Positions 37,389-47,305 of a stretch of DNA of 64,000 nucleotides are shown piece by piece. This DNA is from an uncultured Anaerolineaceae bacterium (lineage in GTDB: Bacteria > Chloroflexota > Anaerolineae > Anaerolineales > Anaerolineaceae), in NCBI GenBank assembly GCA_964293995.1, contig CAXYYH010000003.1:5176-69175 (forward strand), in the 5' to 3' direction. Below the pieces are notes generated by a model. The model was given only the letters and a program-made list of their open reading frames with translations, searched no databases and was not told the origin of the DNA. A program made the translations under genes and the position numbers. The first letter of the stretch is position 1, and the number at the start of each line of letters is the position of its first letter.

Positions 37389-38608
37389 AATTCCTGAAAA
37401 AGATCCTCGAACTTATTCCTGTCTTTTTGACCGCCCTGGTTCTGGCTTTCGTTGTTTGGGTCTCTTCTGTCACCTCTCAGGATCCTAATGAGACTATCAC
37501 TTATGGCACCCCGATCCACCTTTCCGTCATCGGCCTGAACCCCGATCTGGTCATCAGGGATCAGAGCGCCAGCAGCGTGTTGATCACTGTTCGGGCGCCC
37601 CGCTCAGTGCACGATCAGCTCGCGCGCAATTTAAACAACGTCATCGCCCGCATCAACCTTAATGGTCTCAATTCCGGCACCTACGAATTGACGCCAGAAA
37701 TTAACATTGGTTTTCGTCCCACACAGTTGGTGGAAGTCAACCCGCCCCAGATCACTCTGACGCTTGAACAGGTCGCGACCGAAACGGTCAATATCCTCCT
37801 GCTGCAAAATGGGAGTTTGCCCATTGGCTACGAAGCCAGCGAGCCGGTTTTAAGCACCAGCCAGGTGCAAATGCTGGGGCCGCAGTCCAAGCTGGACGAA
37901 GTCCTGAACGTTGTCGCAAACATTGATCTCAGCAACGCCACCAGCACGATCACGCGTAACCTGGACCTGCGCGCGATCGATAAACGAGGCAATGTTGTCT
38001 CAGGCGTTAGTCTGAACCCGAAATCGATCAGTGTCGAAATCCCGATCAAACAACTGGTTGGCTACCGAAACGTTTTTGTAAAGATCATCACCACCGGTTC
38101 GATCGCCCCCGGTTATCATCTGACCGGTCTGATCGTCAACCCGCCAAATCTGACCATTTACGCCTCCAATCCGGAGCTGAACCAAAGCCTGCCTTCCTTC
38201 CTTGACACCGCGCCCGTCAATTTGAATGGCGCCAAAGAGAGTTTTTCGATCCGTGTGCCCCTGCAGGTGCAGGACGGCATCGTCATCATCGGGGAACAGG
38301 AGGTGACCGTTGAAGTTGGCATTGAAGCGATCCAAAGCTCCATTCAACTTTTTGACATTCCTGTCGAAGTGATCAACCTCGGCGATAACCTGAAAGCCCA
38401 AATATCTCCTGATAAAGTGGATGTGTATATTTCCGGCCCGCTTTATCTGCTCGAAAGCCTGAAAGCAGACAGCATTCGGGTCTTGCTTGATCTGGCAAAC
38501 CGTGCCCCGGGCACCTGGCAGATCGCGCCGACTGTCGATCTGATGGGTTTTGATCTGCGGCTCGATTCGATCTTGCCCGCTACGATCGAAGTGACGATCA
38601 CAAAATAA
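37385..38608 (+). CDS. cdaR: CdaA regulatory protein CdaR (YbbR-repeat protein)
   Basis: ATGA overlap with cdaA, N-terminal TM helix, four YbbR-like repeats. Confidence 0.85.
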   Translation: MKFLKKILELIPVFLTALVLAFVVWVSSVTSQDPNETITYGTPIHLSVIGLNPDLVIRDQSASSVLITVRAPRSVHDQLARNLNNVIARINLNGLNSGTYELTPEINIGFRPTQLVEVNPPQITLTLEQVATETVNILLLQNGSLPIGYEASEPVLSTSQVQMLGPQSKLDEVLNVVANIDLSNATSTITRNLDLRAIDKRGNVVSGVSLNPKSISVEIPIKQLVGYRNVFVKIITTGSIAPGYHLTGLIVNPPNLTIYASNPELNQSLPSFLDTAPVNLNGAKESFSIRVPLQVQDGIVIIGEQEVTVEVGIEAIQSSIQLFDIPVEVINLGDNLKAQISPDKVDVYISGPLYLLESLKADSIRVLLDLANRAPGTWQIAPTVDLMGFDLRLDSILPATIEVTITK

Positions 38609-38635
38609 GGCCGGAATACACCAAGGAAAAATAGT

Positions 38636-40012
38636 ATGGAAAAACCTGTAATCGTGCTGGTCGGCAGACCCAATGTTGGCAAAAGCACTTTATTTAACCG
38701 TCTTGTCGGCGAAAGACTCGCCATTGTGGACGATGTCCCCGGTACGACTCGCGACCGTCTCCTCGCGGAAGGCGACTGGGCCGGACACGACTTTTTTGTC
38801 GTCGATACCGGCGGCATCGACCCCAGCAAACAGCGCAGCCAAACCCCGCTCTCGATCGGTTCGGCGGATTTCATTCAGGATATCCGCGAACAGGCAGAGA
38901 TCGCGCTCGAAGAAGCTGATGTGATCCTTCTGGTCACCGATGCCATTGAAGGCGTCACCCAAGCCGACCACGAAGTTGTCGATATTTTGCGCCGCCGTCG
39001 CGCCGGAGCTGATAATCGACCCACCCCGCCCATTTTGCTGGTGGTCAACAAGGCCGACAGCGAGCAGCTGCGGCTCAACGCGATGGATTTTTATTCGCTG
39101 GGTCTGGGCGACCCCTATCCGATCTCATCCATCCACGGCACTGGCACCGGCGATCTGCTCGATGCGGTTGTGGAGCGTTTCCCGGAACCGGTTCTTGATG
39201 AAGAAGACGATACCAGCATCAAAGTTGCCATTGTCGGCAAGCCCAACGCCGGTAAAAGCAGCCTGCTGAATAAGCTGACCGGAAAACAACGCTCGATCGT
39301 CAGCAATATCCCCGGCACAACCCGCGACGCGATCGATACCAAACTAAGCCTGGACGGGCAGGAATACACACTGATCGACACAGCCGGCATTCGTAAGCGC
39401 GGCTCGATTGAACCCGGCGTTGAGAAATATTCCGTTTTGCGCGCCATGCAGGCCATCGAACGCTGCGACGTCGCTGTTCTGGTGGTGGACGCGGTCAGCG
39501 GCATCACCGCGCAGGACACCCACATCGCCGGTTATATCAAAGACGCCTGGAAAAGCGTCATGGTCGTCATAAACAAATGGGACCTGATCGAAAAAGACCA
39601 TCTCACCGCTCTGGATTTTGAAAAACACGTCCGACAGGAGCTTAACTTCCTCCCTTACGTGCCGATCCTCTTCATCTCTGCTGAAACAGGCCAGCGTGTC
39701 CATCAGGTTTTGCCCCTGGTGAAGGAAATTCAGGATGAGCGTACCCGCAAGATCACGACCGCACAGTTGAACAAAATATTGGTGGCCGCCCAGGACCGCC
39801 ATCAGTCCCCCTCTGGGATCGGCAAACCCCTGCGCATCTATTACGGCACGCAGGTCAAGACCGAACCCCCGACTTTCCTGCTCTATGTCAACGATCCAAC
39901 TTTGGTCCATTTTACCTATCTGCGCTTTTTGGAAAACCAGATTCGCGAAACTTTTCCCTTCAAGGGGACGCCCATGCAGATCGTCTTGAAAAAGCGTGAA
40001 AGGCGCGAATAG
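38636..40012 (+). CDS. der: Ribosome biogenesis GTPase Der (EngA)
   Basis: Tandem G domains with GRPNVGKST and GKPNAGKSS, NKAD/NKWD, C-terminal KH-like domain. Confidence 0.95.
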   Translation: MEKPVIVLVGRPNVGKSTLFNRLVGERLAIVDDVPGTTRDRLLAEGDWAGHDFFVVDTGGIDPSKQRSQTPLSIGSADFIQDIREQAEIALEEADVILLVTDAIEGVTQADHEVVDILRRRRAGADNRPTPPILLVVNKADSEQLRLNAMDFYSLGLGDPYPISSIHGTGTGDLLDAVVERFPEPVLDEEDDTSIKVAIVGKPNAGKSSLLNKLTGKQRSIVSNIPGTTRDAIDTKLSLDGQEYTLIDTAGIRKRGSIEPGVEKYSVLRAMQAIERCDVAVLVVDAVSGITAQDTHIAGYIKDAWKSVMVVINKWDLIEKDHLTALDFEKHVRQELNFLPYVPILFISAETGQRVHQVLPLVKEIQDERTRKITTAQLNKILVAAQDRHQSPSGIGKPLRIYYGTQVKTEPPTFLLYVNDPTLVHFTYLRFLENQIRETFPFKGTPMQIVLKKRERRE

Positions 40013-40027
40013 CAAGCCGCTCCATTT

Positions 40028-40036
40028 TGGTATAAT
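40028..40036 (+). promoter_or_regulatory. Extended -10 element (TGgTATAAT) upstream of lepB
   Basis: tggtataat lies 37 nt upstream of the GTG start. No good -35. Confidence 0.4.
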
Positions 40037-40072
40037 AGCATGGTTTAGCTGGCTAAACAGATTGGACGAAAT

Positions 40073-40690
40073 GTGGAAGAAATAAAAGAAAATCAAACCG
40101 AAGAAACAAACCCTGTTGTTATAACCGCGACAACAGATAACCCTCAGCCGAAAGAAGAGTCAGGCAAGAGCTTTTTGCAGGATCTATTTGAAACCGTGGC
40201 AATGGCATTGATCCTTTTTGTGATATTGAACACGATCACCTCGCGGGTTAAAGTTTTCAACGTCAGTATGCAGCCCACCCTCAAAGAACAGGACCTCCTG
40301 TTGGTGAACAAGCTGGCATACCGCTTTGGCTCTCCAAAGCACGGCGATGTTATCGTTTTCCATTTCAATGGCGACGACAAGGAAGACTATATCAAACGCG
40401 TTATCGGCTTGCCCGGCGACCTGGTCGAGATTCAATCCGGGGTTGTGCGCGTCAATGGTCAGGCTTTGACCGAGCCTTATATCATGGAAATGCCGACGTA
40501 TAACGGCACCTGGGAGGTTCCGGAGGATCAGCTTTTCGTTCTGGGTGATAACCGCAACCACTCTTCCGATTCCCATCAGTGGGGCACGGTAAAGATGGAA
40601 TGGGTGGTCGGTAAAGCCCTGTTGGTCTACTGGCCGCTGAACAAGATAAAACTGCTCACCATCCCAGACCTCGTCCACGCGCAACCTTGA
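40073..40690 (+). CDS. lepB: Signal peptidase I
   Basis: SMQPTL (Ser), KRVIGLPGD (Lys), GDNRNHSSDS boxes. GTG start. Confidence 0.9.
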   Translation: MEEIKENQTEETNPVVITATTDNPQPKEESGKSFLQDLFETVAMALILFVILNTITSRVKVFNVSMQPTLKEQDLLLVNKLAYRFGSPKHGDVIVFHFNGDDKEDYIKRVIGLPGDLVEIQSGVVRVNGQALTEPYIMEMPTYNGTWEVPEDQLFVLGDNRNHSSDSHQWGTVKMEWVVGKALLVYWPLNKIKLLTIPDLVHAQP

Positions 40691-40823
40691 TCGCATTTCT
40701 TAATAGAACCCATTCAACGACTCCTTCACCGGAGCCGTTTTTGTTAATACCGCGGATCGGATGGGAACAATGCCTCCTCCAAATTCGTCTACAATAAAGA
40801 CAAGCTTTTTAAAGGAGTTGATC

Positions 40824-43151
40824 ATGAAACCTCGTGCCATTTTTCGCCATGGCTTATTTATTTTCGTTTTGGTGAGTCTTCTTGTTTCGGCCTGTGTTCC
40901 CTATGATGAGCCAGTCGTGCAAGGAACCGAAGCCCCTCAAGCAGTTGAAGAATTACCTTTGGGATCCTTTAAAAACACCCCAAAGCAAAGGAACATGCCC
41001 TTTGAGATGCTTTTTGACCCAACACAATGGACAAAAGGTCAGGGCTCTGAAGGATTGATCTCCTCCACAATCCCGGATTGTCAGTTTGGAGCCATTCAAG
41101 GCGGCACCGGTGATACCGAAGGGCCCTTTGACCTTAAACTTGGCGATAAGAATTTCTATTATCGGGTCGAACGCCTAACAGCCGAACAGGCGCCCACCGC
41201 GGCAGTTAGCTATCTCATTTATTACCAGCCTACAGAACCGGAATTCCAGCGCGAAGACCTGCAGTGGGCTTTCAGCATGAAAACCTCGGCCGAAAGCGAG
41301 CAGGCTTGCTTTGAAGCGGTTCAACCCATCCTTGAAACCCTGATCATCAGCTTGCCAGAGCGCAAAACAGCCGATCATCTTTTGAACTGGGACGACACAT
41401 TGGCAGAAAAATACTGCTCCGCTTCCACCGAAGGTCGGCTTTTCACCATCGCGGAAAGAGACGGAAAGCTCATTCTCAGCAGCGGGGAAGACCTCGATTC
41501 ACTCTATCTATTGGATCCGACCACCAACGAAAAAACGCTGTTGGTGCAAAGCGCCTTTGAAGGAGGCGTGATCCAACCGCCTTTGCAGATCGACGGGGAC
41601 TATCTGGTCTACCTCGATTCTGAAAATTACATGTTGACCCAAAGATGGAACATTACCGCCTACAACTTCGAAACCGGTGAGACCAAAATTCTCCTGAGCA
41701 GAGAAGATTACCCAAGCGCCATGACCATACTCGTCTTTTTCGATGTTGAAGATGGACCGGTCTATGCCTCGATCGTCGAAGGCCCGGATTTTGGCATAAC
41801 TTACACATCCAGTATTCTCGAAATTGACATTGAAAGCGGTGTGAAAAAAGAAATTTACTCTTTCAATTCTGAGCAGGTTCGGATCGGCCGCCTCTCTGTG
41901 AACGGAAATGTTTTGGTTGCAGAACAGGTCGCGATCAGCAAAGATGCTGACCCCTACCAACCTATGATCATGATCAAACTTAAACCCAGCAACGCCCTTC
42001 AGGATTTTAAATTGGTCGGCTGGAACCCGCTTCTAACTGAAGAGCGTTTGGTTTTTGCGCACGGGAACCAAAATCAATTCCCAACTTCAGTGACTGTTTC
42101 TGATATCTGGGGCGAAGATCGTTCCAACCTGGAATTGTTGGGAGAAAACATCATCATCCAGTACTTAAACGGCAATTATTTGAGCTGGCAGGCCTCCGGC
42201 GGCCCGGAAGCGCCAACAACCGGCATCTACCTTGCGAACGTTGAAAGCATGGAAACCTACAACCTCGTTTCCCATGCTGAAAATACGGCCCTGATCCTCC
42301 CCATCATTATCCGCGATAAGCTCCATTTTGGCATGGTGACCGACTTCATGAGCCCGGAAGAAAAAAGCTACCTTTGCGCCGTGCCCATGGCTGAATTGCT
42401 TGAGCTTACCGCCGGGGATTCCGCGGCGCAGTCCCTGCTGACCGGCATCACCGTCCACCCGACCGGGCTTACGCTCGAAACCATTCCTTTGAAACAATCA
42501 GGACTTCTCGATGATAAAGTTTTTGGGCAGATCATTCCCTTTGATGAAAGCCAGGCAGACCGATTAAAGCCTTCCTTGCCTGAATTTGGCGGCTATGCCC
42601 CGGCTCCAGAGGAGCAGGATTTTGGCATCGGCACCGAAAACCTGTATGCTGTTGAAGAAATTCCTGGCAATGACGCTGATGGCGTACCCATGACCGTGGT
42701 ACGCGTGATCAAAGATGGAGAAGAGGTCTTTACTGTGGACACAGGAAGGGTCGGAAGCAACTCAAGCCTGCAAAACTTTCTTGTGCTTGAAAACGGCAAA
42801 TGGGTGCTTGAAGTCGTCACAAACTTCCCCGCCTACGGTGACCGCACAGAAGCATACCGCGAAAGCAGCGTCTATTATGACGGTGACTCTCTGAACGATA
42901 TTTTCTACGCCGATGAGGTTTTCAACTATCGTTTCCTGGGCGGTAAAGAGTTTTTCTTTGTTCGCAAGGGCGATCAATTTAGTTATGTCTATAACGGCAA
43001 GGAAGTAATCCTGCCTTTTGATGTGATCCAGCACAGTCTTTGCTGTGGTTACTCCATCTATAACCCGACCAATTATCAAAACGTGATCACCTTTTATGCC
43101 ACTGTTGGCGATCAGGAATATTACGTTATTCTTGGCATTCAAACACAATAA
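40824..43151 (+). CDS. Large lipoprotein of unknown function (N-terminal 2-Cys domain shared with next gene, central beta-propeller-like region, Tyr/Phe-rich C-terminal domain)
   Basis: Lipobox LLVSAC, RBS aaaggagttgatcATG. N-terminal residues about 45-185 align with the 43161 product. Confidence 0.75.
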   Translation: MKPRAIFRHGLFIFVLVSLLVSACVPYDEPVVQGTEAPQAVEELPLGSFKNTPKQRNMPFEMLFDPTQWTKGQGSEGLISSTIPDCQFGAIQGGTGDTEGPFDLKLGDKNFYYRVERLTAEQAPTAAVSYLIYYQPTEPEFQREDLQWAFSMKTSAESEQACFEAVQPILETLIISLPERKTADHLLNWDDTLAEKYCSASTEGRLFTIAERDGKLILSSGEDLDSLYLLDPTTNEKTLLVQSAFEGGVIQPPLQIDGDYLVYLDSENYMLTQRWNITAYNFETGETKILLSREDYPSAMTILVFFDVEDGPVYASIVEGPDFGITYTSSILEIDIESGVKKEIYSFNSEQVRIGRLSVNGNVLVAEQVAISKDADPYQPMIMIKLKPSNALQDFKLVGWNPLLTEERLVFAHGNQNQFPTSVTVSDIWGEDRSNLELLGENIIIQYLNGNYLSWQASGGPEAPTTGIYLANVESMETYNLVSHAENTALILPIIIRDKLHFGMVTDFMSPEEKSYLCAVPMAELLELTAGDSAAQSLLTGITVHPTGLTLETIPLKQSGLLDDKVFGQIIPFDESQADRLKPSLPEFGGYAPAPEEQDFGIGTENLYAVEEIPGNDADGVPMTVVRVIKDGEEVFTVDTGRVGSNSSLQNFLVLENGKWVLEVVTNFPAYGDRTEAYRESSVYYDGDSLNDIFYADEVFNYRFLGGKEFFFVRKGDQFSYVYNGKEVILPFDVIQHSLCCGYSIYNPTNYQNVITFYATVGDQEYYVILGIQTQ

Positions 43152-43160
43152 GGACAAGCC

Positions 43161-43736
43161 GTGAAATCGATCAAAACAAGCAAAATGGGTTTGCTGATCT
43201 TCCTCCTGATCAGCCTGTTATTCACCGCCTGCGAACCCTTACAGACGCCGGCTCTTCCAGAGGAGAAAAGCCCTGTTCAACCAGAACCATCACCCACCCT
43301 GGATCAGGGAGAACAAGCCGGTCTGCTGACCTTTAAGAATTCAGAGTTCTTTGCCCATTCGCCCTTTAGCCTGCTTTACGACGGCGAACAGTGGCAGCTG
43401 GACGAACAGCAGGAAGGTCTTAACTCGACCAAAATTGCCAACTGCCAGTTTCGCATTCTGCTTGGCCGCGGCGCGGGTCCTACTGACGGCCCCTTTGATT
43501 TGACAGTGGGAGAAAATGATTTTAGCTATCTGATCGAGCTTCCGACCGATCAAAGCCCTTCCGCTTCCACTACTTATTTCATTTATGTAGAACCAGATAA
43601 GCCCGAGTTTCGGCGCGATGACCTGATGTGGGCTTTTGAGATGGCGACAACGGTTGAGGATGAAAAGGCTTGCTTCCAGGCGATCCAACCCCTGCTTGAG
43701 ACCCTGACGATCAGACTGCCCGAGAATGGGAAATGA
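43161..43736 (+). CDS. Small lipoprotein, paralog of the N-terminal domain of the preceding gene
   Basis: Lipobox LLFTAC. Shared blocks: CQF, GPFDL, PEF(Q/R)R(E/D)DL.WAF.M, ACF.A(V/I)QP.LETL.I.LPE. Confidence 0.7.
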   Translation: MKSIKTSKMGLLIFLLISLLFTACEPLQTPALPEEKSPVQPEPSPTLDQGEQAGLLTFKNSEFFAHSPFSLLYDGEQWQLDEQQEGLNSTKIANCQFRILLGRGAGPTDGPFDLTVGENDFSYLIELPTDQSPSASTTYFIYVEPDKPEFRRDDLMWAFEMATTVEDEKACFQAIQPLLETLTIRLPENGK

Positions 43737-43849
43737 GGTCTAATACCCCAATTTGTTGATACGTTTCTTTGACAACGACCTGGCAAAATGCTATCATTCA
43801 GTTGGATTTATATTCTAATTTATTCTGCACATTAAAATGGAGGTTTTAT

Positions 43850-44926
43850 ATGAGTGCGATGATCATTTCTCGCATAATTGGCGCAATTGTGCTCGGAGTC
43901 GTTGGTGTTTTCACCAGCCTTCCAATCCATCAGTACCTTACTGGCTTTATCCCTGATTATTCTCTTTCACCAAGTGCCACAATTGCCATCAGCTCCGCGG
44001 TTTTTGCTATATTGGGCTTTCTGATTACGCCCTATATCACCATTAAACCGATTGAATGGCTGAAAAAAGTTTTTAACAAAGCCACTCCCCAGGCTTTGGT
44101 GAGTGGTTTGGTTGGTTTAATAATCGGTTTGGTAACAGCGGCCATCATGGCTTTTCCGCTGAGCCTTCTGCCCAAACCACTTGGTCAGATCCTGCCCTTT
44201 GTCGGGCTGGTCTTGTTTGCCTATCTGGGTGTCGCCCTCTTTGTCACCAGGCAGGAGGACTTTTTCAACATGATCAAGCATATGCCCTCCCGCAGCGTTA
44301 AAGGCGGCAAAGCGGCCAACAGCGGTGAGCGGCGCATCCTTGTGGATACCAGTGCCATCATTGATGGCCGAATTGCAGATATTGCCAAAACCGGTTTTTT
44401 GGGGGGCAGCCTGATCGTCCCGCGTTTCGTGCTTAACGAGCTCCAGTTCGTTTCCGATTCCGCTGATAGTCTCCGCCGTCAACGCGGCCGCCGCGGGCTG
44501 GAAGTTCTTTCAGAATTGCAGGAAAATGAGGACGTTCCCGTCATTATCACCGATGTCGACGTTGAAGGCGTCCGTGAAGTGGACGAGCGCCTGATCGTCC
44601 TTGCCCAACAAATGAACGCCCCGATCCTTACCAACGATTTCAACCTCAACCGTGTTGCCGATCTGCAGGGTGTCAGGATACTGAACATTAATGACCTCAG
44701 CAACGCGGTCAAGGTCGTTCTGCTGCCTGGCGAAGAATTTACCATCGAAGTCATCCAGGAAGGCAAGGAATACCAGCAGGGGGTCGGCTACCTGGACGAT
44801 GGCACCATGGTCGTGGTTGAAAACGGAGAAAAATACCTCGGGCAAAGCCTGCCCGTGATCGTTACCAAGATCCTGCAAACTTCGGCCGGCCGCATGATCT
44901 TCGCACGGCCAACTCAGGAACATTAG
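43850..44926 (+). CDS. PIN and TRAM domain protein (YacL-like)
   Basis: Four N-terminal TM helices, PIN core ILVDTSAIIDGRI and ILTNDFNLN, C-terminal TRAM domain (GVGYLDDGTMVVVE). Confidence 0.88.
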   Translation: MSAMIISRIIGAIVLGVVGVFTSLPIHQYLTGFIPDYSLSPSATIAISSAVFAILGFLITPYITIKPIEWLKKVFNKATPQALVSGLVGLIIGLVTAAIMAFPLSLLPKPLGQILPFVGLVLFAYLGVALFVTRQEDFFNMIKHMPSRSVKGGKAANSGERRILVDTSAIIDGRIADIAKTGFLGGSLIVPRFVLNELQFVSDSADSLRRQRGRRGLEVLSELQENEDVPVIITDVDVEGVREVDERLIVLAQQMNAPILTNDFNLNRVADLQGVRILNINDLSNAVKVVLLPGEEFTIEVIQEGKEYQQGVGYLDDGTMVVVENGEKYLGQSLPVIVTKILQTSAGRMIFARPTQEH

Positions 44927-44934
44927 GAGGCAAA

Positions 44935-46341
44935 ATGAGCATACGAATTTACAACACCCTGACCCGCAAAAAAGAGCTGTTCGAGACGATCGAGCCCAAT
45001 AAAGTGCGCATGTACGTTTGTGGGCCCACGGTCTATGCCGACGCGCACCTCGGCCATGCCATGTCTGCCCTGGTTTTCGATATTGTGCGCCGATACCTTG
45101 AATATCGCGGTTACGATGTTCGCTATGTGATGAACTTCACCGATGTGGACGATAAGATCATCAACAAAGCCAATAATTTGGGCGTCGATCCTTATGAGCT
45201 GGCTCAGAAATACATTGACAGTTATAAAAGAAACCTCAACAGCCTCAACATCAAGCCTGCCACCGTTAACCCGCGCGCCACGGAGGACATGCCCCAGATC
45301 ATTGAAATGATCCAGGCCCTGATCGATAAAAAAGCTGCTTACGCGGTCGATGGCGATGTTTATTACAGCGTCGATTCTGATGATGATTATGGAAAACTGA
45401 GCGGTCGATCGATCGAGACAATGAACGCCGGTTCACGCATTCAGGTGGACGAACGCAAAGACCACCCGATGGATTTTGCCCTCTGGAAGTCCGCCAAACC
45501 CGGCGAACCCGCCTGGGAAAGCCCCTGGGGGCTGGGCAGGCCCGGCTGGCACATTGAGTGCTCAGCTATGAACATGGCCCACCTCGGGGAGGAAATTGAT
45601 ATCCACGGCGGCGGGAATGACCTGATCTTCCCCCATCATGAAAATGAGATCGCCCAAACCGAATCTGTGACTGGCAAGACTTTCGCCCGTTACTGGATGC
45701 ATAACGGCATGTTGGGTCTGAAGGACGAAAAAATGTCCAAATCGCTGGGGAACATGATCACCATTGATGAGTTCCTTTCGGAACACCCTGGCGATATTAT
45801 GCGCCTGTGGGTGCTGAATGGCTCGTACCGCAGCCCGTTGACCTACAGCGATTCTGTCATTGAGCAAACCACGCAGGGTTACAAACGCCTCCTGAGCGCC
45901 AAAAAACCTGCTCTTCCAGGCTCGAAAAGTCTCGATGAGACAACCTACGCAGCCGCGCTGGAACAAGCTGAAAAAGCCAGGGCAGCCTTCATTGAAGCCA
46001 TGGATGACGATTTCAACACCTCCCTGGCGATGGCAAGCGTTTACGAGCTTGGCAAGCAAATTAATCAGGCCCGCGCTGATAGCGCCAATGACGCGCAGCT
46101 GGAGAGACTTCAGGCGATCTTCGTTGAACTTGTCTCCACGCTGGGCTTGCAATTGAACGAAGAACAAGCCTCCGAAAGCAATGCCGATGCCTTCATCGAC
46201 CTTCTGGTCGCCCTCCGTCGTGACCTGCGAACCGAGAAAAACTGGGCCATGTCCGACAAGATCCGCGATGAGCTCAACAAACTTGGCGTCGTTCTGGAGG
46301 ACAGCAAGGAAGGCACAACCTGGAGCTGGCAAAGCAAATGA
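44935..46341 (+). CDS. cysS: Cysteine--tRNA ligase
   Basis: HLGHA and KMSKS motifs, RBS taggaggcaaaATG. Confidence 0.96.
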   Translation: MSIRIYNTLTRKKELFETIEPNKVRMYVCGPTVYADAHLGHAMSALVFDIVRRYLEYRGYDVRYVMNFTDVDDKIINKANNLGVDPYELAQKYIDSYKRNLNSLNIKPATVNPRATEDMPQIIEMIQALIDKKAAYAVDGDVYYSVDSDDDYGKLSGRSIETMNAGSRIQVDERKDHPMDFALWKSAKPGEPAWESPWGLGRPGWHIECSAMNMAHLGEEIDIHGGGNDLIFPHHENEIAQTESVTGKTFARYWMHNGMLGLKDEKMSKSLGNMITIDEFLSEHPGDIMRLWVLNGSYRSPLTYSDSVIEQTTQGYKRLLSAKKPALPGSKSLDETTYAAALEQAEKARAAFIEAMDDDFNTSLAMASVYELGKQINQARADSANDAQLERLQAIFVELVSTLGLQLNEEQASESNADAFIDLLVALRRDLRTEKNWAMSDKIRDELNKLGVVLEDSKEGTTWSWQSK

Positions 46342-47075
46342 GAGAGTGGATTACCAATCGCAATCCGGTTTATGAAACCCTGATCGCCAAAAGACGCCAT
46401 TTTTTCAATCTGCTCCTGCTGCAGGACCTGAAGATCGAGGGCAAACTTAAGGAAATTGTCGAGCTCGCGCGTCAGGCCAACGTACCTGTACGCCAGGCCA
46501 ACAAACAGCAGCTTGGGCAGATCGACCGCAATCACATGGGGCTGGCGCTGGAAGTGAGCGCTTACCCCTACGCGGCTTTGGAAGACCTGATCGCTTTTTC
46601 GCAAAAAAAAGATGAACCGCCTTTCTTTCTTCTGCTCGACCTGATCCAGGACCCGCAAAACCTCGGTTCGCTATTGCGCACCGCGGAATTGATGGGCGTG
46701 CACGGGGTCGTCATCCCCTCTTCTCAGGCGGCTCATGTCACACCCAGCGTGGTACATGCCTCTTCGGGCGCCAGTGAACATCTCCTGATCGCCCAATACA
46801 ACCTGGTTCAGGCCATTGACAGGTTCAAAAAAGAGCTTGATATCTGGGTCTACGGTCTGGACGCCGATGACCAGGCGCGCACACCTGATCAACTCAACCT
46901 GAAAGGTGGACTGGCGCTCGTGGTTGGCAATGAAGGGGAAGGTCTGCGTAAGCTGGTTCGGAAAAGCTGTGATGAGATCATGCGCCTGCCCCAGTACGGC
47001 CGGATCGACTCGCTCAACGCCGCCGTCGCTGGTTCGATTGCTCTTTATTTAGCAAGACAAGCAAGAAGCCTTTAA
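46338..47075 (+). CDS. rlmB: 23S rRNA (guanosine-2'-O-)-methyltransferase RlmB (SpoU/TrmH family)
   Basis: ATGA overlap with cysS. SpoU motifs DPQNLGSLLRTA, LVVGNEGEGL, SLNAAVAGSIALY. Confidence 0.88.
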   Translation: MREWITNRNPVYETLIAKRRHFFNLLLLQDLKIEGKLKEIVELARQANVPVRQANKQQLGQIDRNHMGLALEVSAYPYAALEDLIAFSQKKDEPPFFLLLDLIQDPQNLGSLLRTAELMGVHGVVIPSSQAAHVTPSVVHASSGASEHLLIAQYNLVQAIDRFKKELDIWVYGLDADDQARTPDQLNLKGGLALVVGNEGEGLRKLVRKSCDEIMRLPQYGRIDSLNAAVAGSIALYLARQARSL

Positions 47076-47102
47076 AAATCCCAAGGTCAGGACAAAACTT
47101 TG

Positions 47103-47152
47103 GTAGGTCGAGATTGAAGATGTGGGTGTTACCCACATCTTCAATCCGACGT
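47103..47152 (-). repeat. Family-1 hairpin repeat, copy R2 (reverse)
   Basis: Plus strand: GTAGGTCGAGATTGAagatgtgggt-gtt-acccacatctTCAATCCGACgt. Confidence 0.8.
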
Positions 47153-47200
47153 AAATATTTGTGTTTATAACAAAAAGTAAGGATTGCACACATTAGGATT

Positions 47201-47251
47201 ATGTCGGATTAAAAGTTGACGCGGTTTACGCGTCAACTTTTAATCTCGACC
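47201..47251 (+). repeat. Family-1 hairpin repeat, copy R3 (forward; head-to-head with R2)
   Basis: atGTCGGATTAaaagttgacgcg-gttt-acgcgtcaactttTAATCTCGACC. Confidence 0.75.
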
Positions 47252-47305
47252 CCCTGGCCCGCCAGGCAAGAAGTTCCTGAAATTCGCTGAGATCGAGACA
47301 ATATT

